This document shows positions 36,962-49,106 of a stretch of 64,000 nt of DNA, one piece after another. Source of the DNA: Lytechinus pictus (lineage: Eukaryota); NCBI RefSeq assembly GCF_037042905.1, contig NC_087251.1:38752001-38816000 (forward strand), given 5' to 3'. Below the pieces are notes generated by a model. The model had not been told where the DNA came from. It saw only the letters and a list, made by a program, of their open reading frames with translations, and did not search any database. The number at the start of each line of letters is the position of its first letter. Within the stretch, counting starts at the first letter, position 1. Both the position numbers and the translations under genes were made by a program.

Positions 36962-39900
36962 CCCACAGCATCTCATTATCCGCAAACGATAAGACGTCAA
37001 ACTCCAATTCTCTGACCGTTAACGCCTAATCTACGATCATCACGGGGTATTCATATCCGGCTAGTTGTAAGATCTCCTGAGGATGCTGCATGGGGATCGT
37101 ACAATTTTGGTATGGATTCATGATCACTGTAGAGTCTATGTTTTTCTTTAGTGCAGAAAAAAATCAAATCGTAGAATTGTAGCCCTTAAATACATTGTAG
37201 GCGCATTGTACGATCAGCGAAGTTGCATCATATGATCAGTGCAAGGGCTTGGTCTATGGTTTAGCCGCCCTACAATCAGTATAGGGATATCATACGAATC
37301 CTTGTAGGCCTCTGTATGGCATTGCCTTTGGCCCTGTAAGATACCCTACATAAGATATTCTCCATTGGTTAAAATAATGTAAACACAGAAATCATAGCTT
37401 GTAGCCACCTGCGATGCCCTAAAACAGTCATACAATGATCGCAGCAAATGTGAATGTAACTGAATAGGTTACTATGTTGGAGCATAGAGTTCCAAAGCGA
37501 TTACACGTTACTCTTTCTTCCGGAAGCATAATGAACAACTTCCACAAGCTAAATTGGTGGGTATCGATCTACGTTGGGTCCAAGATGCAGTCGTATGAAT
37601 ACGGTAAGTATCGGACTATAAACCGCACCTTTTCCTCGGCGGGCAAGAGCCAAAAGTCGGGGTGCGATTAATCCACAGAGCTAGGTCTGAGCCGAGCCAG
37701 ACTCAGCCTGAAAATAAACCAAGACCACTACCAGTTTACAACTCGTCGGGTGGCCAAGCGTAACCGCTTGGGGCAATGTCGTTTAGAGGGGTACTAGCCG
37801 TGGGTAAAAATGGGAAGCGACTCTGACTACTGGTATCTTAATCAATAAATGTCCATCTAAGATTGATTGCAGTAACAAACGCACCTACCTTCATGAACCT
37901 GAAATTGATTTTATGAATAGTGAGAGTTTATTGTCATTGATTCACAGTGAAAAAGTTCAGACATTCGCCAATCGACAGCACAGCGCAGCCAAATGAGACC
38001 TGCATGTTTATTGCAACGTCGACGTAAGCTGGCTCTATTCACCTAACCATGGCAGATAAAAGGGATAGAAAGTCAGTTTGATTACTTTTTTTTTGTGTGA
38101 TTCATCCGAAAATGATGGTGCGGTTAATTCACGAGTGGTTTATAGTCCGATACAGACCCTACTTAGCCCCATTGAAATCGGTGTAAATTGGTCTTGTTCA
38201 AACATTGTTGAACCAGCCAATAAACACTGATGTTACTAGTGCCTAGCAGGTTTTCATTTATTCATTTCATGGACCACCATGCACCAATTTATATCAAATT
38301 AGTTGTGTGGAAGATTTTAATCATACTCTTTTGAAACATGGTCACAAAATTGCTGAAATGCACAAAGTAAGATTGATGACGTCACATTTTATTGTAGTAG
38401 GTATTTCAATACCACATCGGGGTCAATTCTGATGGCTTGCATCAGCATTTTATTATTGCTTCTCTAAGTCACAAAAGAAGTGCTAGAGGTTATGGGTTCA
38501 AACTTTTCCCCTGATGATTAAAGTGTACTTGCTATCAGCATCATGCTCTAGTTTTGCTGATCTAATAATCATTTTCCTGCCTGAAAAGTCATTAATTAAA
38601 AAACCATTTTTAGAAAATCTATGCTTTTCATCTAATGCCAAAAAATTGTTATTTTCAACTCAATTAAGTTGTCTTTTCAAATATTTTTGTAACGTTACAG
38701 ATAATTCACTATTTTTTATTTGATTTTACTCTTTATGAATGTTGCTATCCAAATGGAGTTTGATTAGTGGTATTTATCTAAAAACTAGTTTTACTTGTAC
38801 ACATATTCTGAACTCTATCATCAGCATCTCTTTTTCAATTAAATATTTCTATTTTCTTTAGTAATTTTAATATTTTTAAGAAAGTGCAATATTCATTTAG
38901 AGAATTTATCTCTGAGATGAAGATTATTTTAGGGAGTTTCATTCTATGTACTATGCGATGCTTGTGAAAGCTTGATATTTTGCATGTATGTGTATTCAGT
39001 TTTGTACTCTTTCGCAAGTGTAGAGCTTGAACATCATGCATTGCTTTTGATGCGAAATCAAATATAATGTTTCAATAGGTTATGACATGTTAATATCTTA
39101 ATATGGTAACTTCACTGTATTGCCTAAAAATACTTATATTGTTGGTAACCATCATTTAAAGTATTGCTGTTATAAAAAAAAAATTATAGAATTTTGATAG
39201 TCTAGTTACCGATGAATTTATCTTATATTACAATGGAGATGAAATTTTTTGAAAATGCAAGTCCAAGAGTCTCAGCTTGATCTATTTTCATTTTGTTTGG
39301 TTAGAAATAAGAATTAATGCATTTTGAAATTGATTATTATAATTGTATTTGTGTGACATTTGAAGTTGTGGTGGACAAAATTGATACATGGGTTTGATTT
39401 TGATTTTTAGAAGTAAACATCTTTAATATTATTCAATCTTGATGTAGCATGTCTGCATATCATTTCACTGCAGAAAAAAGAATGTCCAAAGATATGGTAA
39501 ATTATGATATGCATTTTTCTTGCCAAAGTATAAACCCCAGTTGGCAGAATTACGAAACCCAAAGACTGGATATTTGTGTATTTTTGCATCATCTATTGAA
39601 AAAAAAGAAAAAATGTCCTTGTCAATCTGTAATCATATTATTGTTTGCATGATCGGGGGGGGGGGGGGGGGCATTACACAACAAGTTATGATCGAAGACA
39701 ACTCCAAAGTCAAACGCAATATGATCTCTACCAACAAAACGCTTTTGAGTTGTGTTTAAATGCAACAAATTTCTGCAACACACCAATGAGAGCATTTCAT
39801 GAAAGGACCTGTTGGACGTTTTATCCGACACGTCTCAATTTATCCGACAGTGCTTCTCAGCCAATCAAAATCAAGGAAAGGCGTCAGATCTGACATCTTG

Positions 39901-40378
39901 TCGGACAAAAATATTGATGAAACACTCCCCTGGTGGGCGTTTCATGAAAGTTGTCAGCACTGACTAAAGTGCCAGTGCTGACAATAGTGAAATCCTTGCT
40001 TTTGATCGGTGAGAAATTCTGGCCTCTGACTGTTACTATGGTAACTGTCAGAGAAAGTAAACTTTGTCAGTGCTGACAACTTTCATGAAACGGTCCATAG
40101 GAGGGTGTTGTTTCACAAAGAGTAAAGTGTGACATAGAGTCAAAGACCCGTATTCTGAACTCGGGTTTAAATTAAACCCTGGTTCAAAGTTGTTGTTTAA
40201 CTATGGAGAGCCAATTGGGGCACGAGCCCCTTACAGTAAACATTCAATTTATTAACTCAAATGACGCTCAAATTGTTCATAATTGTCTGGGAATGATAAC
40301 TGAAGTATTTTTCTTTGTTATGAAAGCAAATGAAACAAATAAGTAAAAATATGAAATATACAATATAAACATAATTTT

Positions 40379-41703
40379 TGTCTCGCCTGCATAGCAGAGC
40401 GAGACTATAGGCGCCGCTTTTCCGACGGCGACGGCGGCGGCGTCAACATCAAATCTTAACCTAAGGTTAAGTTTTTGAAATGACATCATAACTTAGAAAG
40501 TATATGGACCTAGTTCATGAAACTTGGACATAAGGTTAATCAAGTATTACTGAACATCCTGCCTGAGTTTCAGGTCACATGACCAAGGTCAAAGGTCATT
40601 TAGGGTCAATGAACTTAGACCATGTTGGGAAAATTATTTTCAAAATCTTAACCGAAGGTTAAGTTTTTGAAATGACATCATAAGTATATGGACCTAGTTC
40701 ATGAAACTTGGGCATAAGGTTAATCAAGTATTAGTGAACATCCTGCTCGAGTTTCAGGTCACGTGACCAAGGTCAAAGGTCATTTAGGGTCAATGAACTT
40801 TGGTCAAGTTGGGGGTATTTGTTGAATTACTATCATAACTTTGAAAATATATGGATCTAGTCCATGAAACTTGGACATAAGGTTAATCAAGTATTAGTGA
40901 ACATCCTGCTTGAGTTTCAGGTCACATGACCAAGGTCAAAGGTCATTTAGGGTCAATGAACTTTGGCCAAGTTGGGGGTATTTGTTGAATTACCATCATA
41001 ACTTTGAAAATTTATGGATCTAGTTTATGAAACTTGGACATTAGGTTAATCAAGTACCACTGAATATCCTGTGCGAGTTTCAGGTCACATGACCATGGTC
41101 ATTTAAGGTCAATGAACTTTGGCCGTGTTGGGGGTATTTGTTAAATTACCATCCTAACTCTGAAAGTTTATGGATCTAGTTCATAAAACTTGGACATAAG
41201 AGTAATCAAGTATCACTGAACATCCTGTACGAGTTTCAGGTCACATGACCATGGTCAAAGGTCATTAAAGGTCAATGAACTTTGGCCGTGTTGGGGGTAT
41301 TTGTTGAATTACCATCCTAACTCTGAAAGTTTATGGATCTAGTTCATAAAACTTGGGATATAAGAGTAATCAAGCATCACTGAACATCCCCTGTGAGTTT
41401 CAGGTCACAAAACCAAGTCAAAGGTCAGTTAAGGTCAATAAACTTAGGCCATGTTGGGGTAATTGTTGAAGTGCCATCATAACTTTGAAAGTTTATGGAT
41501 AGAGTGAATGAAATGTGGACATGGGTGTAGTTGACAGTCTTAAGTCTCCGTTCAAATGTCATTTATGGTCAATGAACGTGGTATTATGTCATTATATGAA
41601 TGATGTTTTTGTGAATGATTATTTTATAGTAGTTTTCAAAGTTAGCACTGCTGCTATATTAAATTGCGTAATGCAGGCGAGACTGCCAGAGGCGTTCCAC
41701 TTG
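40379..41703 (+). mobile_element. Helentron/HINE-like element, copy 4
   Basis: GTCTCGCCTGCA...TGCAGGCGAGAC...CCACTTG with the same internal repeats. Confidence 0.8.
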
Positions 41704-42656
41704 TTTAATTTTGGGTTCCCCATAATTTTAGCACAGAGAAGTTAAACCTGATTTCAGTATACAGACCATAGTAGCATTGGTCTCATCATGCTCAGAGGAT
41801 GCGCACTACTAGGTAGTCATCAATGACTATATGATCTGTTGCAATCCAATTTTCAATTAATCTTAATAGCATTTGATTTGAACATTCCAGCCTATAAAAT
41901 CTTAATAAAAAGTTTTGAATAGTCATATAAATATTAAAATCAAAGTTCTAGTCTATGTCTACCTTCTCTTTAGGGATAAATCAATTCCAAATCGTAATGA
42001 CGTCATCATCGGCTGTGACTTGAAACCGATTTGGACTTTACTCTAACTTCAAGGCTTGCAGCAAAGCAGAATTTGAATTTTTGTATACTTAGAATTACAC
42101 CAAACTTCAAATAAAATAATTTCACTTCTTGGGACTTTCATATTTCATGTATAAAAATGTGATTTATTTAAAAATCGCGTCGCAACAAATTGTGAACTGT
42201 GTGCCAGGCTTTAGATACTGTGTGCGCATTGTCATTTAAGCACAAGAGTTAACTCACACTTAACTGTTTTTGAAACACCCCCTACGATTGCTGAGCGGAC
42301 CTTCTGAATTGGCACATAATTTCATACATATCTTAAGATATTGTCGAATTGGTATGAATATTTCATTGGTTGGAAGTCACCCACCCCCCCCCCAAAAAAA
42401 AAAAGGATTGAAAATTAAATTTTGAAAAGAAAAGGATAAAGAACTCTTCTTCAAGTGAATGGAAATGCTTGAATCACTCAGGAGTATTAACAAGATATTG
42501 ACCGTAAAATGATTTATCAAAACTCCTATGCAGTGTGTCAGTATTATAATTTCTTATGCCAGAAAGTGTTTCGAGAAAAATCAGAAAAATTTCCCTTTTT
42601 TCTGCATGTCATTTTTATATCCATTTTGCTGAAAATCAATATCAAAAACTAATTAA

Positions 42657-43251
42657 AGGTCAAGTCCACCTCAGAATAATGTTGATTTGAATCAACAGAG
42701 AAAAATTAGACAAGCATTATGCTGAAAATTTTATCAAAATCGGATGTGAAATAAGAAAGTTATGACATTTTTAAAGTTTCGCTATTTTCACAAAATAGTT
42801 ATATGCACAATTTAGTCACATGTAAATGAGAGAATCAATTATGTTCCTCACTCACTATTTCTTTTGTTTTTTATTGTTTGAATTATACAATATATTTCCA
42901 TTTGTACAGATCTGACAATAAGGACCAACTTGACTGAACCATATAGTATTACAACAATGCTAATTCCATATGTTCAGGGAGGAATTAATCTTTGTTTCAC
43001 TTGACAATGAGGAGAAAATTAGAATATTTCATATAATAAAATACAAAATAAATAGTGAGTGGATGACGTCATCAGTCTCCTCATTTGCATATTGACAAGG
43101 ATGTGCATATAACTGTTTTGCAAAATTAAGCGAAACTTTAAAATGTCATAATTTTCTTATTTTACATCCGATTTTGATAGAATTTTCAGTATTGTGCTCG
43201 GATTTTTATCTTTTTATTCAAATCAACTTATGGTTGGGGTGGACTTGTCCT
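42657..43251. mobile_element. Kolobok-like MITE, family 1
   Basis: TTAA|AGGTCAAGTCCACC...GGGGTGGACTTGTCCT. Confidence 0.8.
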
Positions 43252-44080
43252 TGTAAGTTAGAGCCCAAGGCTATTGGCCCGTTGCCTTGGGGGAAACGCA
43301 AACCCCGATTCCTGCAGCTCAGACTACAATACATCCGGCTTTCCTGTTCACCCATTTCTCTTCTGCCATTGACTTTATATGGTGGTTTCGGTGCGCAATA
43401 TGCCTTAACATTAAATAAAAGTGTTGTTTTACAAGATTGAGTGCTCTTATATATACGTGGTCTTTATATTCAGTGAGATGTGTAAATATTTATGACAAAG
43501 TATTGAACAATGAAGTCAGTATATGGAGGAGTTTGAACTTGCAGTGATATGCTAGTTTTTGTTGCTTCAGCTGCAGAACGGCATTTAGTATATCATTTGG
43601 TATATTTTTCTAATACTTGCATGTTTCCTTCCCGTAGCTATTCAGGTTTGATACTGGTGTTTAAAAATAGATGGAAAACAAAACTTTTAATACAAAATTA
43701 TTATCATGAAATGTCTATGTTGTGTTTTGCTATTGCAATATTTTGTGATGTGCATTGCTCCGGATTGTTCATATCTAGAATTGGGTATTTTTGTCAAAAG
43801 TCATGTGTACTGGAGTTACTTGACTATTTACATGTACTTAACTTTGAAAGTGATGGTAGTATGAATCTCGGGATTTTGTCATTGCCGAGTGATATTAATA
43901 GTTCATCCCCATATGTATGTACATTTAATGAATCCCCTATTATTTCTAAACGTATTTAAAGTGTATTGCATTGTCTTCCTGCAAATTTGAACTGTTAAAC
44001 CTTGGTAATACTGATAAAAAAACAGTAATAGATCAGCACCGTACCACACAAGAATATTTATGGATTATGTTATAGTATCC

Positions 44081-44499
44081 CAGGGCCCCATCTTACATAG
44101 AGTTGCGATTGATCTGATCATCCTCAACTATATGGAATTGTTGACATAATTTTTCCTACAGGAAATTTGAACGATTTCCTTTGTAAACAAAGAGGAGTAA
44201 ATCAAGCACATCATTTAGACAATGATGAATGTGTGAGTGCATGTATACATCATATCTAGAGAACAAACATGTGTGTTGTCACCCACGTCCGCATATGTGG
44301 ATGTCATGTGACTTATCTAGCCAATCAGAGACATGTACCCTGCGAGGTACCATGCATAAGGCACTTTGACAGAGTATATAAGGTGGTGTACCGTGAAACC
44401 TACTACACTACTACACTGAACATGTATTTTAGATGTTGGCGTGGCTTTCCATAGTTATGGTTGATCAGACCAATCACTACTCTTTGTGAGATGGGGGCC
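44081..44499. mobile_element. Harbinger-like MITE
   Basis: GGCCCCATCTTACATAGAGTTGCGATTG / CAATCACTACTCTTTGTGAGATGGGGGCC imperfect TIRs. Confidence 0.55.
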
Positions 44500-46019
44500 A
44501 TTATAGTTTGAAGTAAATGTAGAGCCCGATTTTATAGTGTCAGTGATACTTGCTGTTTAAATAATTGAATATGGGATTATACAATTTGCACAAAGTATTG
44601 TATTTCTATCAACTTGTTAAAACATGAATTTCAATGAAGCTGAATAATGTATAATCTGCTGCTTGAACCATGCCTTAAATTAAAAGAAAAATCAGTATCT
44701 TAAAATACCTTGTAAATCAATGATTGCTGCTAGTCAATGTATGAGTAGTATTTTTTTAGCAACATAGTTCTTTGACATTGGCCTGTATTCTGAAATTCAA
44801 GTTCCAAAAATTTGATAAATCATAAAATTAAGCATCTACTGTAGAAAGTTATGTCACATTGACTACCTATATCTTAACTAAATATTCAAACTATGTAAGA
44901 ATTTCAATCAGTATTTAGGGTATGGGCCAGTATATTTTAGCTACTATTTCTTAAGAGATGTTTTTTATAGGTCATTAAAGATTAAACAAAATTAACTGTA
45001 TATTGAGCTTTTACTTAATATTTTGTTTACAGTGTAGCTTTTTTTTTCTTTCATAGCAAGATTAATCATGTTTCAATTTCTGCATCAGAAATAGAGATCA
45101 AAATTTTTGTTAGAAGATTATTTCATGAACTATACATGTATGAAAATCAGACAGAAATATAACAAATGATTTATGTGTTGAATAGATCATTTGGGTTTGT
45201 TGAAAATAGTTTTTTTTAATCTATCAATTTTGTAATGTTGATGCAGTTATGTTAAATCAGAATGCCTCAAAATTCATAAACTTAGGTATGATAAGACCAT
45301 AGTCTCAGTCCATGTTGAAATTATTGTGAGCTCCAAATTGTCAAATTTACGTTGGAATGTGTCTTAATGGGTACATAAAAACACATTTTTCATTTAAATG
45401 GTAGAGAATACTATCTACATTTTCACTCAATATAGACAGTTCTAAATAGTTTGTCAAATTTTCTGATAGATTGAACATTAATTGTTAAAGAGATATGTGC
45501 CACACTTGGCTACCCATAGTTAACCTGAAGATTTAAATCTAGCTCACCATTTCAGTTTCATTGTAAGCTTTAATTCAGAGTACAGGCCTTTTATTTTATA
45601 TGGTTACAATTAGAGGGAAAATATTTCAGAGGTAGATTATCTACTCATTGAAACAAAAGGGGAAATTTTCCCTAAAATTTGAGAAATGTGGTCTCAACAT
45701 CCCTAGCTGCTTTAGGCTATCTATAAAAGTCACATTTTTGTTGGTGTTAAATATATGTACATGTACATATGTATGTACCAGTGCCAATGCAAAGAAAAGT
45801 GCAATGAATCGGAGAAAATATATAATTGTATGTTGATGAATTGCTTTTCTATTGTATGTCCTGCCTGTCAATATTTAATTGACTTTAGTGTGAAATGTTG
45901 CAACAAAATGTGGTCAATAAAGTTTAGAATTTTCAACTTTACTACTGTATTCAGTGAGTTCTCATTGAAAGAAATTGTAGGGAATTTTTTTACAGGGGGC
46001 AGTTTCATCATAGATTTAA

Positions 46020-46608
46020 AGGGTTACTACAGGCTGAAAATAATTGATTTGATGAGATAAAGAAAAACACTTAAAATTTGATCAAAATTGGATAATGAAT
46101 AACAAAGTTATGGCATTTTGAAGATTCAAATTATTTTGCTGAAACAGTTCCATGCATGTTTTCATGAATATTCAATGAGCAAACTGATGATGTCGTATTC
46201 CCACTTGTTCGTTTCAGTGGATTATGTTTATTCAATTTTTTCCTTCGAGAACTATAACAAAATTGATAGGCAACTGATTTAATACATGATATATTCATTG
46301 CTGCAACTAATTTCATTATAAGGGATTATAAGGGAGACATATTCACACATGTATGAAAAAATGAAAATTATTATTTCATGTAACAACATAAGTAAAATGA
46401 AAGTGGGGATGTGACTTCATCAGCCCACCTAATGAATATTCATGATGACATGCATATACGGTAACTGTTTTCACAAAATATTTCTAAATGTTAACATTTA
46501 ATAACTTGGTTATTTGTTATTAGATTTTGATGAAATCTTCAGCATTTTGCTCAGTGAATTTTACTCTTATTGATTTAGATATAATTATTTTTAGCCCAAA
46601 GTACCTCT
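46020..46608. mobile_element. Kolobok-like MITE, family 2 (diverged)
   Basis: Colinear similarity to 10514-11113; TTAA left flank. Confidence 0.65.
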
Positions 46609-49106
46609 TATAAACATTTACATGTATGGTTAATTTCACAACTCAGCAGCCAATTAGAATCAATGTTTGCAAGGTAGTTACCACAATGACATTGTTACAA
46701 TTGTAAGTCTACATGAAATGGACCCCCATGAAGATCTCTTTTTTTTACCAGGTGTATTTTCCACTGCATTTGAATGTGAATATTTTTGGGCAAAAAATAG
46801 TTTTTAGAGTCAACATCAGTTGGATTTTTATGTATTCATTTATTGTTTGAATTGTGTTGCACATTGTTGGGGGCTATTACAACCTTAGAATTCAAAGGAC
46901 TTTACAGCAGCTCATAAAAGGCAGTCTTTTAGAATTATGGTGATGGCTACCTCATATTGTCCGAAAACAGACTCTTTAAATCATGAAGAGAACTTTTTCT
47001 ATGTTAAATAATGTTGCCTCTTGATACGTCCTTGTCACATATATAAAATAAAGCTTTTTCTAAGCTATCCTAAAAAATGTTTATTTTTTAGATACAGTTT
47101 AAAGATTTTAACAGCACACCATTATGTTTACCTAACTTTTGAAAATACATGATGCAATGTTAGACACACACACTGAAAGAGAATCACATAACTTATATTT
47201 ATAAACATTTACAATATTTAATTTTTTCCATATAGCTAACACTTGATGATCACATAATATATACTTTTCAAACATTTACAATAACATATTCATACACAGT
47301 AGTTTGGTAAGATACAGAAAACCCTTCTCATTTGTAGTACACTAACTTGAAAAAAACCCAATAACTTCAAGTAAATAAACTATTGGAGGAAAAAATGTGC
47401 AATTTCAGAGGTTTCTCAAAGTAGATCAAAATGGTATGTTGATCTCTTCTTTGCACATACAGGATATAAAAGCTATGTATTGTTATAATGCTTTTTCAAT
47501 GTGCTATTAAGACATGCTGACTTGATTGCTCTTAAATAAAAGGACAAACTTAAATGCAAGTAGCCATTCATATATGAAGTTTTAAATGCTAGCTTAATTT
47601 ATTTGAAACAAATGTCATAGACCAGTTTACTAACATATTTGAAATATATCTGTAATCTACTTATCAGACAGGTTTTTCTAAGATAAATCAAACTGTTGCC
47701 TTTGGATTACCCCACATAGCGCCAAATAATTTATGTAATCTATTTCCTGGTTTTTTTTTCATTCACAGTAAGGTTTATCATGTTCCCAAGAAAGGAATGT
47801 CTACGTCTAATAATCCTGAGTAATATATGTATTCTAATAAAGAAATTAAGAACAACAAATAACCATTTTCCATGTTGTGCATGCACTCCAACATCCTTGA
47901 CAATCCGAAGAGTCACAATGAAGATTGCATTATAGTAAACTTCAAGGGTCTGCATTATAAAGTCTAGTTAAATTTGACTAAGACTGCTGAAATTCATGGA
48001 AACCAAAAATGTATTTTATTTTATATTCATGTTCCTTTATGTTTATAAGGGCCTTCTTTCCCCATGCTTGAATGGCTGATGGAAGCAATTATTCTACATG
48101 CAGTTTCTATTCCAAGACAGTAATGAATGACAATGAATAGCCAAATGTGCTGATAATTTGAACCTATACTGTTCAAGATTTGTTTCACATTTGGCTATTT
48201 ATAGCTGAACCATAAGTTAGACAAAAGTTCAAGTAAATCTTACTTTACTATTAAATTGATGTAAAAACACATGATACAAGAAAAATTAATCCATAGATAG
48301 TTATCAGAATTACTGTGTTATTTACATGTACATCATGAAAAAAAAAATCATTAAATTACTAACAGCATAATGCAAATGACAACATACATTTTATTTACAA
48401 TGTGCTGCCTGTACTGTAGCACAGGGTATATTTTGCGATACACTATTTAGTCTTCAAGTACCTGTACATGTAGCACGCCAACATTCAGTAGACCCACAGG
48501 ACATTACATTTCTAAACAATAAAACTTGTACATTAAAACATGCATCATCTTTAAATGATATCAAATTCTGTTGCATTTTCATGCAGATTTAGGTGCAATG
48601 AATTTGGCCAAGACATAAAATGTACATAATGAAATCTATACATGTTGTTATACATGTATTAAAATGTACATGTATGCCATCTGAATATAACCATATGCCT
48701 TTATCATCTCAGGATGATTTTCAAAGGATGTAATCTAATGTGGGTTTGGGCACCACATTTATAGATGCTTGTTATTTGTAATCTTACCTTTTACTTTCTT
48801 TTTGTTAATAATTTTTTTTATGTGTATGAAAGAGCCATCAAGAGAGATCGGGTGAGGGGATAGTAAAGATGGCAATACTCACACACTAACAGTTTTGGGG
48901 CGGATCCAGCCGGATTGGATACAAGTTTAGGGCTGGCATTGTTTCTCACACAATACTCTGCTCTCTCTAAACTATTGTGTTTAATCTGACTGGATACTCT
49001 CCTGGTATGTACCTTAAAATATTCAAGAACTGAATCTACTTTACAAAAGGTTAAATATAAGTGAATTTATACATATTATTTATAAAGGAAATACAAATTA
49101 TTCTGA

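Noticed and set aside
37474..37850. GC-richer block with hairpins after the GALNT7 stop, possible structured RNA
   Set aside because: No recognisable ncRNA motif. Part resembles a pogo/Tigger-like terminal sequence, and it cannot be supported without a search.
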